In this document: positions 1-13,555 of the stretch, one piece after another
How positions within the stretch are numbered: position 1 is the first letter of the stretch
Layout of the letters: each line of letters begins with the position of its first letter
DNA from: Malacoraja senta
Lineage: Eukaryota
DNA: 64,000 bases
Direction: 5' to 3'
NCBI GenBank assembly: GCA_038087875.1
Contig: CM075988.1
Span: forward strand, 9,364,001-9,428,000
Program-made: the position numbers and the translations under genes
The notes under the pieces: generated by a model
Databases searched by the model: none
Told to the model about the DNA's origin: nothing
What the model saw: the letters and a program-made list of their open reading frames with translations, nothing else

Positions 1-19
1 AATGATGGTGATTATTGAA

Positions 20-386
20 ACGCTTCAAGGACAACATTTCAAGGACAACATCAAGAACAGTCTGAAGAAATTCCACGTCAGATCAAGCAACTGGGAGCAC
101 ATTGCACTGGACAGGCGCTCCTGGAGGAAATCCGTGCAGAAAGGAGCTGCAGTTCACGAAATGGATCTACGCCATGTCGCAGAGACAAAGGACAGCACCG
201 TAAAAAGAGAGAGAGGGGGCTCGACGACTACCAACCACCACCAGTCTCCACTGCCCACGTTGCACCAAGGTGTGTGGATCGCGGATTGGACTCTATAGAC
301 ATCTGCAGACCCACAAGTGGACGACCCTATGGCGAGGAAAGGACAGTCATACTCGTTTCGAGTGACCACTGATGATGATGATGATG
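20..386 (+). mobile_element. RTE-clade LINE 3' end (decayed)
   Basis: Translates as FKDNIKNSLKKF...WEHIALDRRSWRKSV, then a frameshifted C2H2 finger CPRCTKVCGSRIGLYRHLQTH (~253-315) and a (GAT)n tail at ~368-386. Confidence 0.75.
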
Positions 387-1146
387 TAAGAATTCTTTAG
401 TGCTTTGACAAACATACAAAATGATGATCAAAATATTTTTTTCATCAGCAGAAAAGCAGGAGTGAATTTAAATTCACTTCTCTGAACACTGGAAATATCC
501 CAGTTTTTCCACCTTCTCTCTTGCTCATGTTTCTCTGAGATTAACATGCCTAGCAGTTAGATTAACACAGTAACTAATGAATCTTCTTTTTTTTTAAAAA
601 CTCGATTGCCTCTTTGTGATCTTATTAGGTATGACAAACTGATGCATGTCCTGACAGTCACATCCCAAAACAATTCATCTCCAGGGTTGTAAGGTATACT
701 TATCTACTCCAAAATAATTACACTTCCTGTTAAAGGATTCATTCTTAACATTGGCTATCACATTGCCTATATTGTTGTAATGCCTCAAAAAAAGGTTAGT
801 ATTTAGATTGTGTCTTTCACAACCTTAGGACATCCCAAAGCAGCACAGTAGGACCTAGGACATCCTTAGGACATCTTTTGGAGATCCCAAACCACTAGTA
901 GAGTTGTTGCTTTACAGTGATCCGGGTTCAATTTTGACCTCCTATCAGTTTGGAGTTTGCAGGTTCTCCTTGTGACCACATAGATATTGCCCTGATATTC
1001 CAATTTCCACTCACATCCCAAAGACCCATGGATAATTAGATTAATTGATCATTGTAAACTGCCCAAATATGAACTGTAGGACATTTGTAGAAAGAAAAAA
1101 AACAGGAAAGGTTTGAAAATAAGATAAAATGGGATCAGTGTAAAAA

Positions 1147-1530
1147 AGATACAAAGTGTTGGAGTAACTCAACAGGTCAGATAGGATACCTGGAGAACAT
1201 GGATAGGTGACATTTTTGCTCGGGACCATTCTTCAGACCATGGAAGGAGTGACGGGAGGGTAGAAAGCTAGGATGGGGAGAATAAAGCGTAATAGGAAAT
1301 AGGTGAACACAGGTGAGGGGGAGGGTTTTGATAGATTTTAGGCCAAAGGCCAAAGATGAAAAGACAGAAGGTATGCGGCAAAAGGTTTGAAGAGTTGTGA
1401 ATTGTGAAGCCAGAGGAATGATTGCAGGGTAAAGGGGGAAGGGGACGGGAAAAATAGGTGCGAGCCCAAGTGACGCACATGGGAAGAGGGTGAGAAAGGG
1501 GACTGGGGATTGTTGAAGTTCTAAAAATCA
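1147..1530 (-). mobile_element. Penelope-like element 3' region/pseudo-LTR fragment
   Basis: Same pLTR sequence and adjacent purine-rich tract as the GIY-YIG-bearing copies at 38618-39015 and 59398-59715. Confidence 0.65.
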
Positions 1531-1619
1531 CAGGAAACTGGGTGCTTAACGGACAGCACACTCAGAGAGCTGAATAGCCTGATTCCTTGCTGCATCCTTT
1601 GAAAATTCAATAATTATAG

Positions 1620-2327
1620 CACCTGCATCGGCTATCTCCTCTGGCAGTTCATTCCATATATCCACTACCCTCTGAGTGAAAAAGTTGCCCCTCAGGTTCC
1701 TATTAAATCTTGCCCCTCTCGCCTTAAATCTATGTCATCTGGTTCTTGGTTCCGTTACTCTGGCCATAAGATTGTGCATTCAATGCTATTTATTCCCCTC
1801 TTGATTTTACACACCTCTCTATAAGATCACCTCTCAGTCTCATGCACTCCAAGGAATAAAGTCCAACTTCTCCCAAGAAACCCAGGGACTTGAGTTATGC
1901 AACATCCTCGTAAATCATCTCTGCACTTAGTTGAAGAATGAATGTTATGTTGGGCATGGTCTGCCATAAGGTCATAAGGCCATAAGTGATAGGAGCAGAA
2001 TTAGGCGATTTGGCCCATCAAGTCTACTCTGCCATTCAATCATAGCTGATCCATATCTTCCTCCCAACCCCATTCTCCTGCCTTCTCCCCACAACCCCTG
2101 ACATCAATACTAATCAAGAATCTATCTATCTCTGCCTTAATAATATCAATTGACTTAGCTTCCACAGCCTTTTGCGGCAAATAGTTCCACAGATTCACCA
2201 CCCTCTGACTAAAGAAATTCCTCCTGATCTCCTTCCTAAAGGAACGTCCTTTAATTCTGAGGGTTTTACCTCGAGTCCTAGACTCTCCCACTAGTGGAAA
2301 CATCTTCTCAACATCCACTCTATCCAA
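1620..2327 (-). mobile_element. CR1-clade LINE 3' fragments (two adjacent pieces)
   Basis: ORF 2040-2327 DRVDVEKMFPLVGESRTRG...FFSQRVVNLWNYLP is a typical CR1 ORF2 C-terminus; tandem tail near 1965-1990. Confidence 0.85.
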
Positions 2328-2935
2328 GCCATGGTCAACAGAAGTCTGCCATATATATATGCAAGTTGTCGTGGATCTTTAACTTTGTGCTGAAAGAAAG
2401 TATACAGTTATAGTTTATCTCCTTAAGCATGTTTGAGTTTGCAGCACCTGCTTAGAATTGTATGGAAATGCTCATCTTGATATTGTTCTTAAAGTTCTGT
2501 AATGACACTTGACTCCACAACCTCTAGAAAGGCACACTGCATATTTCTCATTAGTCATTTAATCTTACTCTCCCGATGTTCAGTTATATTTCTACATTTT
2601 GCATTATCTATTCCATTTAATATTTTCTGTACTTCAGTCAGTTCCCCTTTGATCCTCTGCTGCTTTTAAGGCTGAATAATCTTTCCTCAGTTCCTCTGGA
2701 ATCTGTTTTCCAGCCTTTCTCACACCCATTGTAACACAAAGGTAAGCATTGCTGTCACTAATAGATGCTTTGATAATCTTTTTGTTCTACTCATCAAACA
2801 ACTTTCTTTCATATCTCGCCAACTCATCCAGATATGTGATCGCCACGCTTATAGGAAGCATGCATAACAGATACGACTGTAAAATGTGCACTACCTCTTT
2901 GCTGGTCTATATTCCATTCCAGTTTGAATCCCTTC

Positions 2936-3241
2936 TTAGTTTAGTTTAGAGAAACAGTGCGGAAACAGGCCATTCAAGTCTGTGCTGACCAGCGATCACC
3001 CCAAACACTAACATTATCCTGCACGCTGGGAACAATTTACTTTTTTTTTTAAACCAAAGCCAATTAACCTACAAACCTGTATGTCTTTGGAGCTTGGGAG
3101 GAAACTGGAGCACCTGGAGAAAACTCAGGCGGTCACGGAGAGAACGTACAAACTCCGTACAGACAGCACCCGTAGTCAGAATCAAACCAGGGTTTCTGTC
3201 GCTGTAAGGCAACAATTCTACCGCTGAGCCACCGTGCCGCC
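2936..3241 (-). mobile_element. tRNA-derived V-SINE (HE1-like)
   Basis: tRNA-like head, V-domain (ggagtttgtacgttctcc...ctccagtttcctccca), CR1-like tail with (CTAAA)n. Confidence 0.85.
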
Positions 3242-4195
3242 ATCTGTAAATGTTGAACCTTAAGGTGCAATGATTCAAAAAATGTCCAACCCCATGTGTT
3301 CATTCATTATTTTCTCTCTAATTGCTCAAGGATAGTATTTCATTACATCTGCCTGTTCATGGCTCCGTCCTATTGCTGAACAATGAAATAAGACCAACAG
3401 TAGCTTGCATTTTAATAATGCTTTTAAACATAGTCAGACACTCCAAGGACTTTCACTGGACTATTTCTGAAGCAAATTGCTTGAATAAAATAAAATGCAA
3501 GTAGTTTTGATATGGCGTATGCTTTAGGACATGAAGACCTAGTATTGGGAGCCTGGGAGAAAATAATATAGCAAGCAGCACAACGTGATCCGACTCAGAT
3601 TCTGAAGCTGCACAACACACACCTTTAAAAAAAAATCACCTCTTTTGGTTTACAATGAATTGAGAGTGTACAGAAACAGATATACATATCTGTGACCATG
3701 AAGTTTATGTCTGAAGAAGGATCTCGACCAGAAACATCACCTATTCCTTTTCTCTAAAGATGCTCTCTGACCCGCTGAGTTACTCCAGCTATTTGTGTCT
3801 ATCTGTGATCACACAGCTAAGTAACCAGTCTAGTTTTGACCCATAAGGTAAGGGTATTTACAGGCAGAGATTATCATAGTCTGCTGGACAGAGAAGACAG
3901 AGACCCAATGAAGGTGAACTAAACACTCCCTCCAGGATATGCATGGATGCTGAAGGCAAGGGACTGGAGAATAGACTGAACGACCTGCCTGTGAAGGTGA
4001 CAGATCACTGGCTCGTGTTTGTTCATAGATAGGTTCACGGGAATATTTATTATAATAAATGGTCACATCTAAATAAAGTGAATTAAAAAGCATTGAGATA
4101 TTATACGAATAATGTTCAATTTCTTGGAAAATGTGGTCATTTAGCACCACCGGTTCTGAATGTGCTGGATTAGTGGTGTTTTGTGGTATTTCAGG

Positions 4196-4521
4196 GGCGG
4201 CAAGGTGGTCTAGCGGTAGGGCTGCTACCTTATACCACCAGAGTACCGGGTTCGATCCTGACTACGGTTGCTGTCTGTACGGAGTTTGTACGTTCTCCCC
4301 GTGACCTACGTGGGCTTTCTCCAGGTGCTCCAGTTTCTTCCCACACTCCGACGACATACAGGTGTGTAAGTTAATTGACTTTGGTAAATTTGTAAGTTGT
4401 CCCGAGTGTGTGTAGGATAGTGTTAGTGTGCGAGGAACGTTGGTCAGCGTGGATTCGTTGGGCCAAAGGGCCTGTTTCAGTGCTGTATCTATAAACTAAA
4501 CTAAAGTAAACTAAACTAAAC
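4196..4521 (+). mobile_element. tRNA-derived V-SINE (HE1-like), full length
   Basis: B-box ggttcgatcc, V-domain, gggcctgtttc..gctgtatct tail with (CTAAA)n. Confidence 0.9.
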
Positions 4522-5217
4522 TCTGGATTGTCTCTATGCTCCTCAGACAAATATTACATCTCCCGCAGGCACCGGTTGCAGCCTTTGATTCATTATGCCA
4601 ACTACACCCAATTTTCTAGAACAGTTCCCATGCGATTGAAATGACTGAGGGCTTTCTTATCCCATTTATCTGACTTACCAACAGAGTCCACTCATCGCTG
4701 TAAAAGCTGTCAGTCGTGCCCAAGATACTTGTGGAAACAGAGAACTGCAGGTTCTCTTTCCCAGTTCTGTCAAAGAGTTTTCAACTTGAAACATAAGTTC
4801 TGTTTTTCTTTCTGTAGCTGCTGCCTGATTTGCTGAGTGTTTTCAGCATGTTTTATGTTTTTAGTTCAGATTTCCATCATCTGCAGTGTGTTTTATAAAT
4901 GCAAATATGTTGTCAAACTGGAAAGCGTGGAGGGAAGATTAATGAGGATGGTGCCAGAACTTGAGGCCTGAGCTATCGAGAGAGATTGAGTAGGTTAGGA
5001 GCCAATTCCTAGAGTGCAGGAGTATGAGGGGGGATCCTATAGAGGTGAATGAAATCATGAGAGAAATAGATCAGGTACTATCGCAACATTTAAGAAACAT
5101 TTAGACAGGTACATGGACAGGACAGATTTAGAGAGATACTAGACTAAGTGGGACCCGTTGGGTCCCATGTTCACATGATTTATCTAAAATCAATATACAG
5201 TGCAAACAGGAAGTTGT

Positions 5218-5485
5218 CAAGTGCAGTTTCCTACCACTTCAAGCAAGGTGCAAGGCCACCAAACTCAAGTGCAGTTTCCTTCCACTTCAAGCAGGGTGCA
5301 GGGCCACCAAACTTAAGTGCAGTTTCCTGCCACTTCAAGCAGGGTGCAAGGCCACCAAACTCAAGTGCAGTTTCATGCCATTTCAAGCAGGGTGCAAGGC
5401 CACCAAATTCAAATGCAGTTTCATACCATTTCATGCAGGGTGCAAGGCCACCACATTCAAATGCAGTTTTTTACCAAGCAGGGTG
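5218..5485. repeat. 48-bp tandem repeat, ~5.5 copies, inside Helitron
   Basis: Unit caagtgcagtttcctaccacttcaagcaaggtgcaaggccaccaaact, no spacers. Confidence 0.95.
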
Positions 5486-5529
5486 AAACCAACATGAAAC
5501 CACCATAAAACCACACAAAACACCACATA

Positions 5530-8500
5530 AATAGTAAGATTAAACGAGACCTTACCAGTTTGAAGTTTGATCTTTATTTTATGAGGAGTTACGTTGGTGA
5601 TTACGTGAAGAAGACCCGTCAGGGCGCCTGCGCGTCAATCTTCAAAGCAGTGGTGTGAAATCACAAATAACAAGAACGAAGTAATATAGTAACATAATAA
5701 AACGAATAAATTAAGAACTTCCATCTGATCTTTATGAAAGAGGGTTGGGCCGTGGTGGGCACGTAATCACCAACGTACCTCCTCATAAAATAAAGATCAA
5801 ACTTCAAACTGGTAAGTTCTCGTTTAATTTTACTATTTTACTTCGGAGTCACGTGAGTGACTACGTGAAGATTTTAAAGCTTTGTGATTTCATGCCGCAG
5901 ATACAAATCCTGGCTTCTCACTGCATTGATTGTCTTGGAACGAGAAATAATCAATAATGCATTAATAATGACATTTGCATGACAAATGCAGTAATTCATT
6001 TATTTGAATAAAATAATTAACAGTATCCCCTTTAACCCAGGGAAATATAAGCAGAACTTAATATAGTATCTGCAAACAGCCCCGTATTGGCAATAGGCCG
6101 ATGGTAAAAGTGTTGAAACACCAACTTATTAGATCACCCGGCGGCTGCGAAAATATGGTCGACGGGACGTCCTTCGCCCTGGCCGCCAATGTTGCTGCTA
6201 AATCGAATGGGATGTAAAAATATCACTGTTCACACCTGCAGCAACCAAAACTTGTTTTAACCATCTTGAAATAGTCTGAACTGACACTATCTTGTATTGT
6301 TTTTTGTGAATGATAAACAATCTTGTTTTCATATTTCATAAGACCTTTGTAGCCTCAATGTATTGCAACAAATATGTCTTAACACATATACATGGATCCA
6401 TGGAATATGCTAATAAAACACTGTTGAATCCTGTCCCACCTGACCCTACTTCATTTGAGTAGGTCATAAAATGTAAAACATAACATAATCCTGAGGTATT
6501 TCCATCCTGTGTATCTGTAACTTTTGTAATGTCTGCACTCTCTGTGCTTGTTACAAGTGCCATAAGCATGACTACCTTCATGCTGAACTTAGCCAAATCA
6601 GAATCGTACCAAGAGTCCATTGATGAAGTAGCTTAAAACCACTCTATATTCCAGATTCCCATACCTAGGTTTAGAAGGTCTGGAATTAAAATTCCTTTCA
6701 TTAATCTGGAAATGAAAAAACGAGACTCAACAGGATGTCTTTCCGACCTTATCAATAAAAAATGAGGACATTGTACTTATGGCTGAATAAATCACACTAT
6801 AACTCAACCCCTCAAATAGAGTGTTGAGAAAACCCAAGACATTTGAGACATGTGCCGTACAACATTCCATATTTTTCCCCATTCTTTACATAATGGGAAA
6901 GCAGCATTTACAGTCATAACCTCAGATTCTCAAATGTACTGCTTTTGAGTGCTCTTCCGCCAGACTGCTGTAAGCATGTCCACAGTATGCCCAGGCAATC
7001 CTCTTTTTAAAACCTGCAAATTAACAGATCCATACAGGCATATAACGGATGTTACTCTCCAATTATCGGATACACCAGTAAATCCCTTCTTTTGGGAACC
7101 TTTATCAGAAACTGTGTCATTAATTCCAATATCAAAGGGAACCATGGCTGCGTAGACCAGTCCGGTACCACCAGTACCCCAGAGGCAGCATCCTGCTTCA
7201 TTTTAAGCAGACACCGGTTTATGAGACAGAATGCTGGAAAATGCATATAAAAACATACCACCCTAATGTAGCGAGAAAACATTAATCGCTACTGTCTCCC
7301 GATGTAGTTCCCATAACGCATATCTCTGTAAAGGCTGATTGAGTCTGGATGGAAACAAGTCGTATCTGGCTTCCCAAATCTGACTACTATATCATTAAAT
7401 TCTTAAGGTTCAACATCCATTCTTTGTTATCATGGAAAATCCCGTAACCTGGTGTCTGCTACTATATTGAATCTACCTGGTAGATAAAGAGCTGAAACGA
7501 AATATTTGTCAACACACCAAGTCCAGATTTGATTAGCCAATTTGTCACATGACACCAACTTAATTCCACCCATACAATTAATACATGCTATTGCTGTAGT
7601 GTTGTTAATTTGAAGCTAAACATGCAGATTAGTTGTATTAACAATAAGCTTGGAGCTCATAAGCCTTCCAATAGCTGTAAAACGTCAATTTTCCATGTCT
7701 GCAAAAAATAATACCTCTTCCATATTCCATCTGTCCACAGATGGATACCTTTTCAGTGGCACCAATCCTAGTGCACTGACATCAGTCTGTAAGACCATGG
7801 AAGGCTGTTCAATCAGTCTCTTGCTTGAACTTCTGGAGACATGTTAAATCCACCACTGCAAATCAGAAGCAGCATTTGTTGTTTAACTGCATGGCCTATC
7901 AAAAATGGCCACCATGCATCTTATTGCCTTTCTTTTTGCAGTCTGTAGCTGCTGGTAGTACAATGGCAGCATATTGTATTGCTGTAAATAACACTAATTT
8001 TCCTAGCAAGCTGGCCACCTGTCTTAATTGAAGATTGTTGCTTTTTCAACAGCTTAATGCAACCATCAATCAGCTCTACCCTTACCCTGGGTAAATTACT
8101 ACCCTGTCAATTGAATCAATTGTGAAATGAAAATAATCAATTGTTGTAAGTGGCGTTAACCTTAATTTCTCTCTGGATGAATTAAACCCAAACTTTCAAA
8201 AGTGGATTGAACAATTGAGAGAGATAACTCACTAATTCTCTTGTTCGTCCTAATTAGGACATCATCCAGTGAAGCCATCAACATCTGTCCTTGGACTCTA
8301 ATTAGCCCCAAAATTGGTTTTACCAATTTAGTGAAATTCTAGGAACTGAAGTTAACCCATTAGACAGAACTTTGAATTGCCATAATTGTTCATTCAGATA
8401 AATGTCAAATATTTTTATCTTACAAATGAACAGACACTAAGTAATATACATCTTTCAGATCTATAGGTGCCATATAACATCTTTTGAAATAAGTTGTTTG

Positions 8501-10306
8501 GCAGTCTCAAAGTCTCCATTTTGAAGTGTCTATACTTCACAAAATTTTAAAGACTTGTCAGATCTAAAAAACTCCTCACCTTTTTAGGTCGAGAAAATTT
8601 AAACACAATTTGGTGGTTTTGATAAACCAACCTTTCAATTACTTGTTTATAGACAAGTTTTCAAATTCAGCTTGAACCTCCATCACTTCTTTTTGTGAAA
8701 TTGGAGTGTTCTGCTAGGAACATGCTGGATGGCAAATCACTATTTGGATCGAATCAATTCCAAACCTTTGAATAATACTCAGAATAATAAATCTGAAGTA
8801 ATTTGCTTCCAATATTTGGCTGTTTTTGCCTTAATATGTTCCCATGAGAACCAAGTCCACCTACCTCTTTTGTCACCTGAGTGACCTGTGGTCCCTGGCT
8901 CCTGGCAGCAAAAACCCATGCTTTTTCGTGTTCCGGCTGCAGGACACCAACTGCGCCCCTGCTTCAATGGTCGACTTGTTCCTGGTGTAGGCCCAGGATT
9001 TTGTATGATGTCCGAAAGGATACCTCCTCTTCACAGACTTGCCGACCATTGATGTTTTGATCAACCTTGCTGTTTTTGCCTCATCATCCAACTCTTTCCC
9101 ACGTTTTGTGAGGATTTTTCTCTCAAGAGTAAGTTGAATGACTGCACATTGCTGGGCTTTACAGAGTTGCTGCAACTTGGGGTTGATGGTGGGCTGAATG
9201 GCATACTTCCTGAAACAATTCATCTCGAAGTGGGCGCTACATAGCAACCCTAGTGCCACTTGATGCATCTCCATTCCTGGCCTCCATCCATTGTTTTTGC
9301 AAAATTGCAGTTGTTCCTCAACCCAGCAGCTTCAATATTCTCTGCAGTTTACTTTTCTTAGGCTCACATGCCCACCCCATCTGACCCCTTATATCTTGGT
9401 CCACTGCTAGTACTTTCAGCAATATGCAGTTCCTTGGGGTCTCGTGCTTTTTTGGTATTTTCATCCATCGTAAGCTACTGGAGCTGATGGAAGACACAAT
9501 AGTTGATCGCAGAGGCCACTTCCTTTCCCAGTGGCTCTCCTGACTCTGACGGGGCAGCGAATCGTACTGCCAGGAGCAAAACATCTGGCAGCTACCGTCT
9601 TCGCTTGTATCGGCCTCACCGTCAGACTCAGGGTCAGAACTCTCACAGAGCAGCGAATCGTACTGCCAGAAATAGAACAAGCTGCCATCTTTGCTTGTAT
9701 CGGAAACTCTGCTGACCCTGTGCACGCGCCTCGTCAATGAGGGTGCTCTCAAACAGCCCTTTGCTAGGTGCTGCTGACCTGGCTTCTGGAGCCTGGCTTT
9801 GGCTACACTCTTCCCTGAGTGTGCTTTTCTCCAGTAACCTGTGTAACAGGCCTTCCATCTGAGAAATCCGCTCAAAAGCGGTATCCAGCCCTGGAGTCGC
9901 ATCCTCCTCATCGGACTCCTCCTCCGTGGGCCTCATGGACTTGACTTTAGCCTTGCGCCCCACAGGCGCTGACTGAGTTCTTTTCAACCCCAAGCCCACA
10001 GTCGCTACGCTCCCAGCCGGCGACTGTACAGGGGTCTGAGGCAGCTGTTCGCCGACCGCAATCTTGCGACTTTCCACCGGTTTTGCCGCTCGCCTCTTCC
10101 CCTTGCCCGTTTTTTCCATGGCGCCTGTAGAAAAAATCCCCACAGACCCACAGCAAACGGACCCGGAAACTATTGAAAAAGTTTTTACTTACCTTGTAGT
10201 TCACAACTACATTTCCACTAGAGGAGTGCTGCTCCTCACGTCCGTTCGCGCCAATGCATCTGACATAATGACGCGCAGGCGCCCTGACGGGTCTTCTTCA
10301 CGTAGT
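5530..10306 (-). mobile_element. DIRS1-like retrotransposon copy 1 (decayed; outer ~25 bp of left end missing)
   Basis: Perfect 36-bp ITR pair 5602-5637/10269-10304; ICR ~5760-5871; gag (ORF 9643-10143), RT motif decayed to SLDD (~8258-8278), MT-like VLVVPDWSTQPWFP, recombinase remnants. Confidence 0.95.
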
Positions 10307-10631
10307 TCAGTAGGCATTCAGTAGGCATTCAGTGTGTTCAGTTGATTTACAGTTCAGACAGTCGTGACCTCTCCCTCGCCCATCTTGCAGAGGTTTTATA
10401 ACCCCTCCCACCTCTCACCGGAAGGGGCATGGCCTTCATGGCATGATTGACAGGAGAGACATTCTCAACATTTTTTTAAACACTAATAACACTTTTACTT
10501 TTCAGTGATGGGAAGAATCCTCTGCACCTTATGAGCGGAGGGAGACTGAGTACGATGGCCAAAAATCACAGCCGTAAGTGGTAGCGTTTTATCTAAAATC
10601 AATATACAGTGCAAACAGGAAGTTGTCAAGT

Positions 10632-10923
10632 ACCAACCATTTGCTGTGCTTTAGTTCAAACCTCACACCACCAACCTTTTGCTGTGCTTTAGTTCAAACC
10701 TCACTCCACCAACCATTTGCTGTGCTTTAGTTCAAACCAATCACCACCAACCATTTGCTGTGCTTTAGTTCAAACCAACCACCACCAACCATTTGCTGTG
10801 CTTTAGTTCAAACTAACCACCACCAACCATTTGCCGTGCTTTAGTTCAAACCAACCACCACCAACCATTTGCTGTGCTTTAGTTCAAACCAACCATTTGC
10901 TGTGCTTTAGTTCAAACCAACCA
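10632..10923. repeat. 38-bp tandem repeat, ~8 copies, inside Helitron
   Basis: Unit accaaccatttgctgtgctttagttcaaaccaaccacc, period 38. Confidence 0.95.
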
Positions 10924-12535
10924 CATTTTCATTTTCAAACCACATTAAGGGCACTCAAGGTCAGTAAAACCGCACTCACAGTTTAGTAGACATGTGTTCA
11001 GTGTTATTCACAGCTCAAACTGAGAGACGTGACTCTCTCGCTTCCCCCATCTTGCAGAGACTGACTGAGGCACTGAACTCTTCCGGGTTTTATAGTGCCT
11101 CCAGAAGGGGCGTGGCCTTCAGGAGAGAGTAGCTCAACATTTTTTAAACACTAATAACTCTTTTATTTTCCATCGATGGGAAAAATCCTCTTGTCCTGCG
11201 CAGCGGATTGGGGCTCTGAGTAAGATGGCCAAAAATCACAGCCGTAAGTGGCAATAGTTTTTCTAAAATCAATATACATAAACAACAGGAAGTGGTCAAG
11301 ATCAAACTTTTAGTAATATAGATGGGCAAAACCCAGGCAGGTGGGACTATTGTAAATGGAACATGTCAGTCAGTGTGGGCAAGTTCGGCAAAGGGCCTGC
11401 TTCCATGCTGTTTGAATCTATGACTATGACTATGACTATGAAATAAAACAGGAAATCAAACACATATTAAGAAGGACAAGGTATCATTGGAGCTTAAGGT
11501 TTGAACTGACTTAACCTACATGTAAAATGACTTTCTCTTAACCTTCTCCTTATCACTGTTCTCCTCCACCTTCATTTCGAGCCTGATCAGAATCTCCTCA
11601 GAATGATTCCAACACAAAGGAGAATTTTAATGAATGCTAAATGTAATAATCTTCCATCTAATTAATTATTCTTGGCTTTATTAGCAGCTTCATTCCATTT
11701 TATTTAACATCAGAGGTGGGCGAATTGAGTATTGCAAACTCAGCAAAAAAAATCTTTGCCTGCTTTCTTCTGTTTAACCAGCATTCGATGTTAATAGCTT
11801 CAAAATGGAATAAAATCACCTTTTAGTTTAGGATTACTTTATTAGAGTGAGGATTATCAAATTTTACATTTGGTTCAATATTGATTGACATGTGAAATTA
11901 CATATTTTCATGGCAAAATTCTTTAGTTATATTTAATACCCTTGATTTCATAATCTTTCTCTAACCAGGACATTTCAGCTTAATTTTATATATAAATTGA
12001 CTTTTGTATGTAAATATGACACTTTGTTCATTAATTTATTGACCAAGAAAGATTTGCATGCGGCTGTGTGAATGTTCAAGTCAATTCATTGGTGGGAACG
12101 GTTCCTAATGTATCTATCCAGCTGAGCTCAATAAGAACACACCAGCTGATAATGTGCTTCTTATGATATTGTTATTTTTCTCTCCTTTCTTATTATTTAC
12201 ATCCCCATACTCGATATAAAGAACCCATGGGTAGGTGTAAAAGACACAGTTTAGTGAACATTTATATTTTATAAAACAGTTTCCACCGGAACGAAAATGT
12301 GAACCATTGTGTAGCCAGGTGGGAAGTGATTTTATATAAAACCCCACAGTGATAGCGGAGAGACACACCTTTACTGGCACAGTGGATATCTGAAGGTAGA
12401 TGTATCATTCAGGAATAACATGTCCTGAGTCCACTGAGGTAAGTAATTTTGACAATTGTGGCAATAGAGAACATAGAACAATATAGCACAGGAAGTGTCT
12501 CATTGGCCTACAATGTACTGGACATGATGCCTACT

Positions 12536-13022
12536 GATGGCACATTCTCCCTTCCCCCGCTTTTTCCTGCATATTTCAATGGATATTTGTTGTCAAATAT
12601 GCAATTAAATATTACATAGTGACATTTATTTTGCATATAATGCTGGCGGCGCCATGTTTAGATCCATTTGATCAAATTCACAGTTCCGGTCTTGCCAAGC
12701 ATAGCCATGGTGCACTTCGCCGCTGCTCCACGACTGTCCAGTCCATATGCTCGGCCTCTTGGATCGGTGCCCGGTCCAACAGAGCCCCAGGCTGTTGCGG
12801 GGCCTCCAGCGGCCCACTCCCCCATCGAGTCCCCATCCCACAGTTGATCCATCTACCGGCCCTCCATCCAACTCCTTCCACTCTAGGCGGGTGAGCCATG
12901 CCTTCCCAGGCGGCTTTCTGGTCTGCGGCGTGGGTCCTCGATCCACGGTGGGCGAGCTGGGCCTTCTGGGTGGGTCCTCCATTCCCGGCCCCGGTCTTCG
13001 GGCACACGGCTCCCTGGGGTAC
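12536..13022. other. Unclassified GC-rich insertion interrupting a minus-strand CR1 tail
   Basis: CR1 3' sequence on both sides (~12465-12535 and ~13025-13232); insert is CpG-rich and not recognised. Confidence 0.4.
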
Positions 13023-13234
13023 TTTATATGTCCATCTCAAAGCCACTTAAATGTCACTACCGTATCTGCCTCCACCACCACCCTGATAGCGCGATCCAGG
13101 CACCCACTACTCTCTGTGTAAAGCAAACTTGCCCTGCACATCTCCCTTTAACTTTCCCCTTTTGACCTTATAGCTATCATGTGTTTGACATTTCCACCCT
13201 GGGAAAAAGGTTCTAACTGCTTAACTTATCCACG

Positions 13235-13555
13235 ATATGATATGAAACAATACAATAGAACTTTATTTATCTCAGGAGGGAAATTGATCTGCCAACAGTC
13301 ATAAAAACACAAAATACATGAAACATGAAATTAAGGTGACTAGTGGAAAGGCTTGGAGGATGTGCAAAGATTGAGGAGGGGAGGGTGGGGCGGGAGGGGA
13401 GTCAGTCTCAGTCTCAGTCTACCCCATGACAGAAGGGGGAGGAGTTGTAACGTTTGATAGCCACAGGGATAACACATATTTTGTGTTTTAGGACTGTTGG
13501 CAGATCAATTTCCCTCCTGAGATAAATAAAGTTCTATTGTATCGTATCGTTTCAT
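13235..13555. mobile_element. Rex1/Babar-like LINE 3' end with inverted duplicate tail
   Basis: Minus strand FPVAIKRYNSS and tail; arms ~13250-13316 and ~13477-13541 are near-perfect reverse complements; same family as 40245-40452. Confidence 0.7.

Larger units (their letters stand above)
5139..11322 (-). mobile_element. Non-autonomous Helitron containing a DIRS insertion
   Basis: Minus strand starts TCTATATTACTAAAAG, ends with hairpin TGGGACCC-aac-GGGTCCCA (5149-5167) then CTAG; inserted between A and T with no TSD. Confidence 0.9.
4905..11440 (+). mobile_element. CR1 LINE 3' end split by a Helitron (pieces 4905-5138 and 11323-11440)
   Basis: Joining the pieces gives continuous CR1 3' sequence tttagagagata|tgggcaaaacccaggcagg and ends in (TATGAC)n. 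Confidence 0.85.

Noticed and set aside
10632..10923. CRISPR-like array of 38-bp units (also the 48-bp array at 5218-5485)
   Set aside because: Head-to-tail repeats without unique spacers, no cas genes, eukaryotic context.
12350..12444. Exon candidate ending at GAG|GTAAGT
   Set aside because: Stops in all three frames; a non-coding exon cannot be supported from sequence alone.
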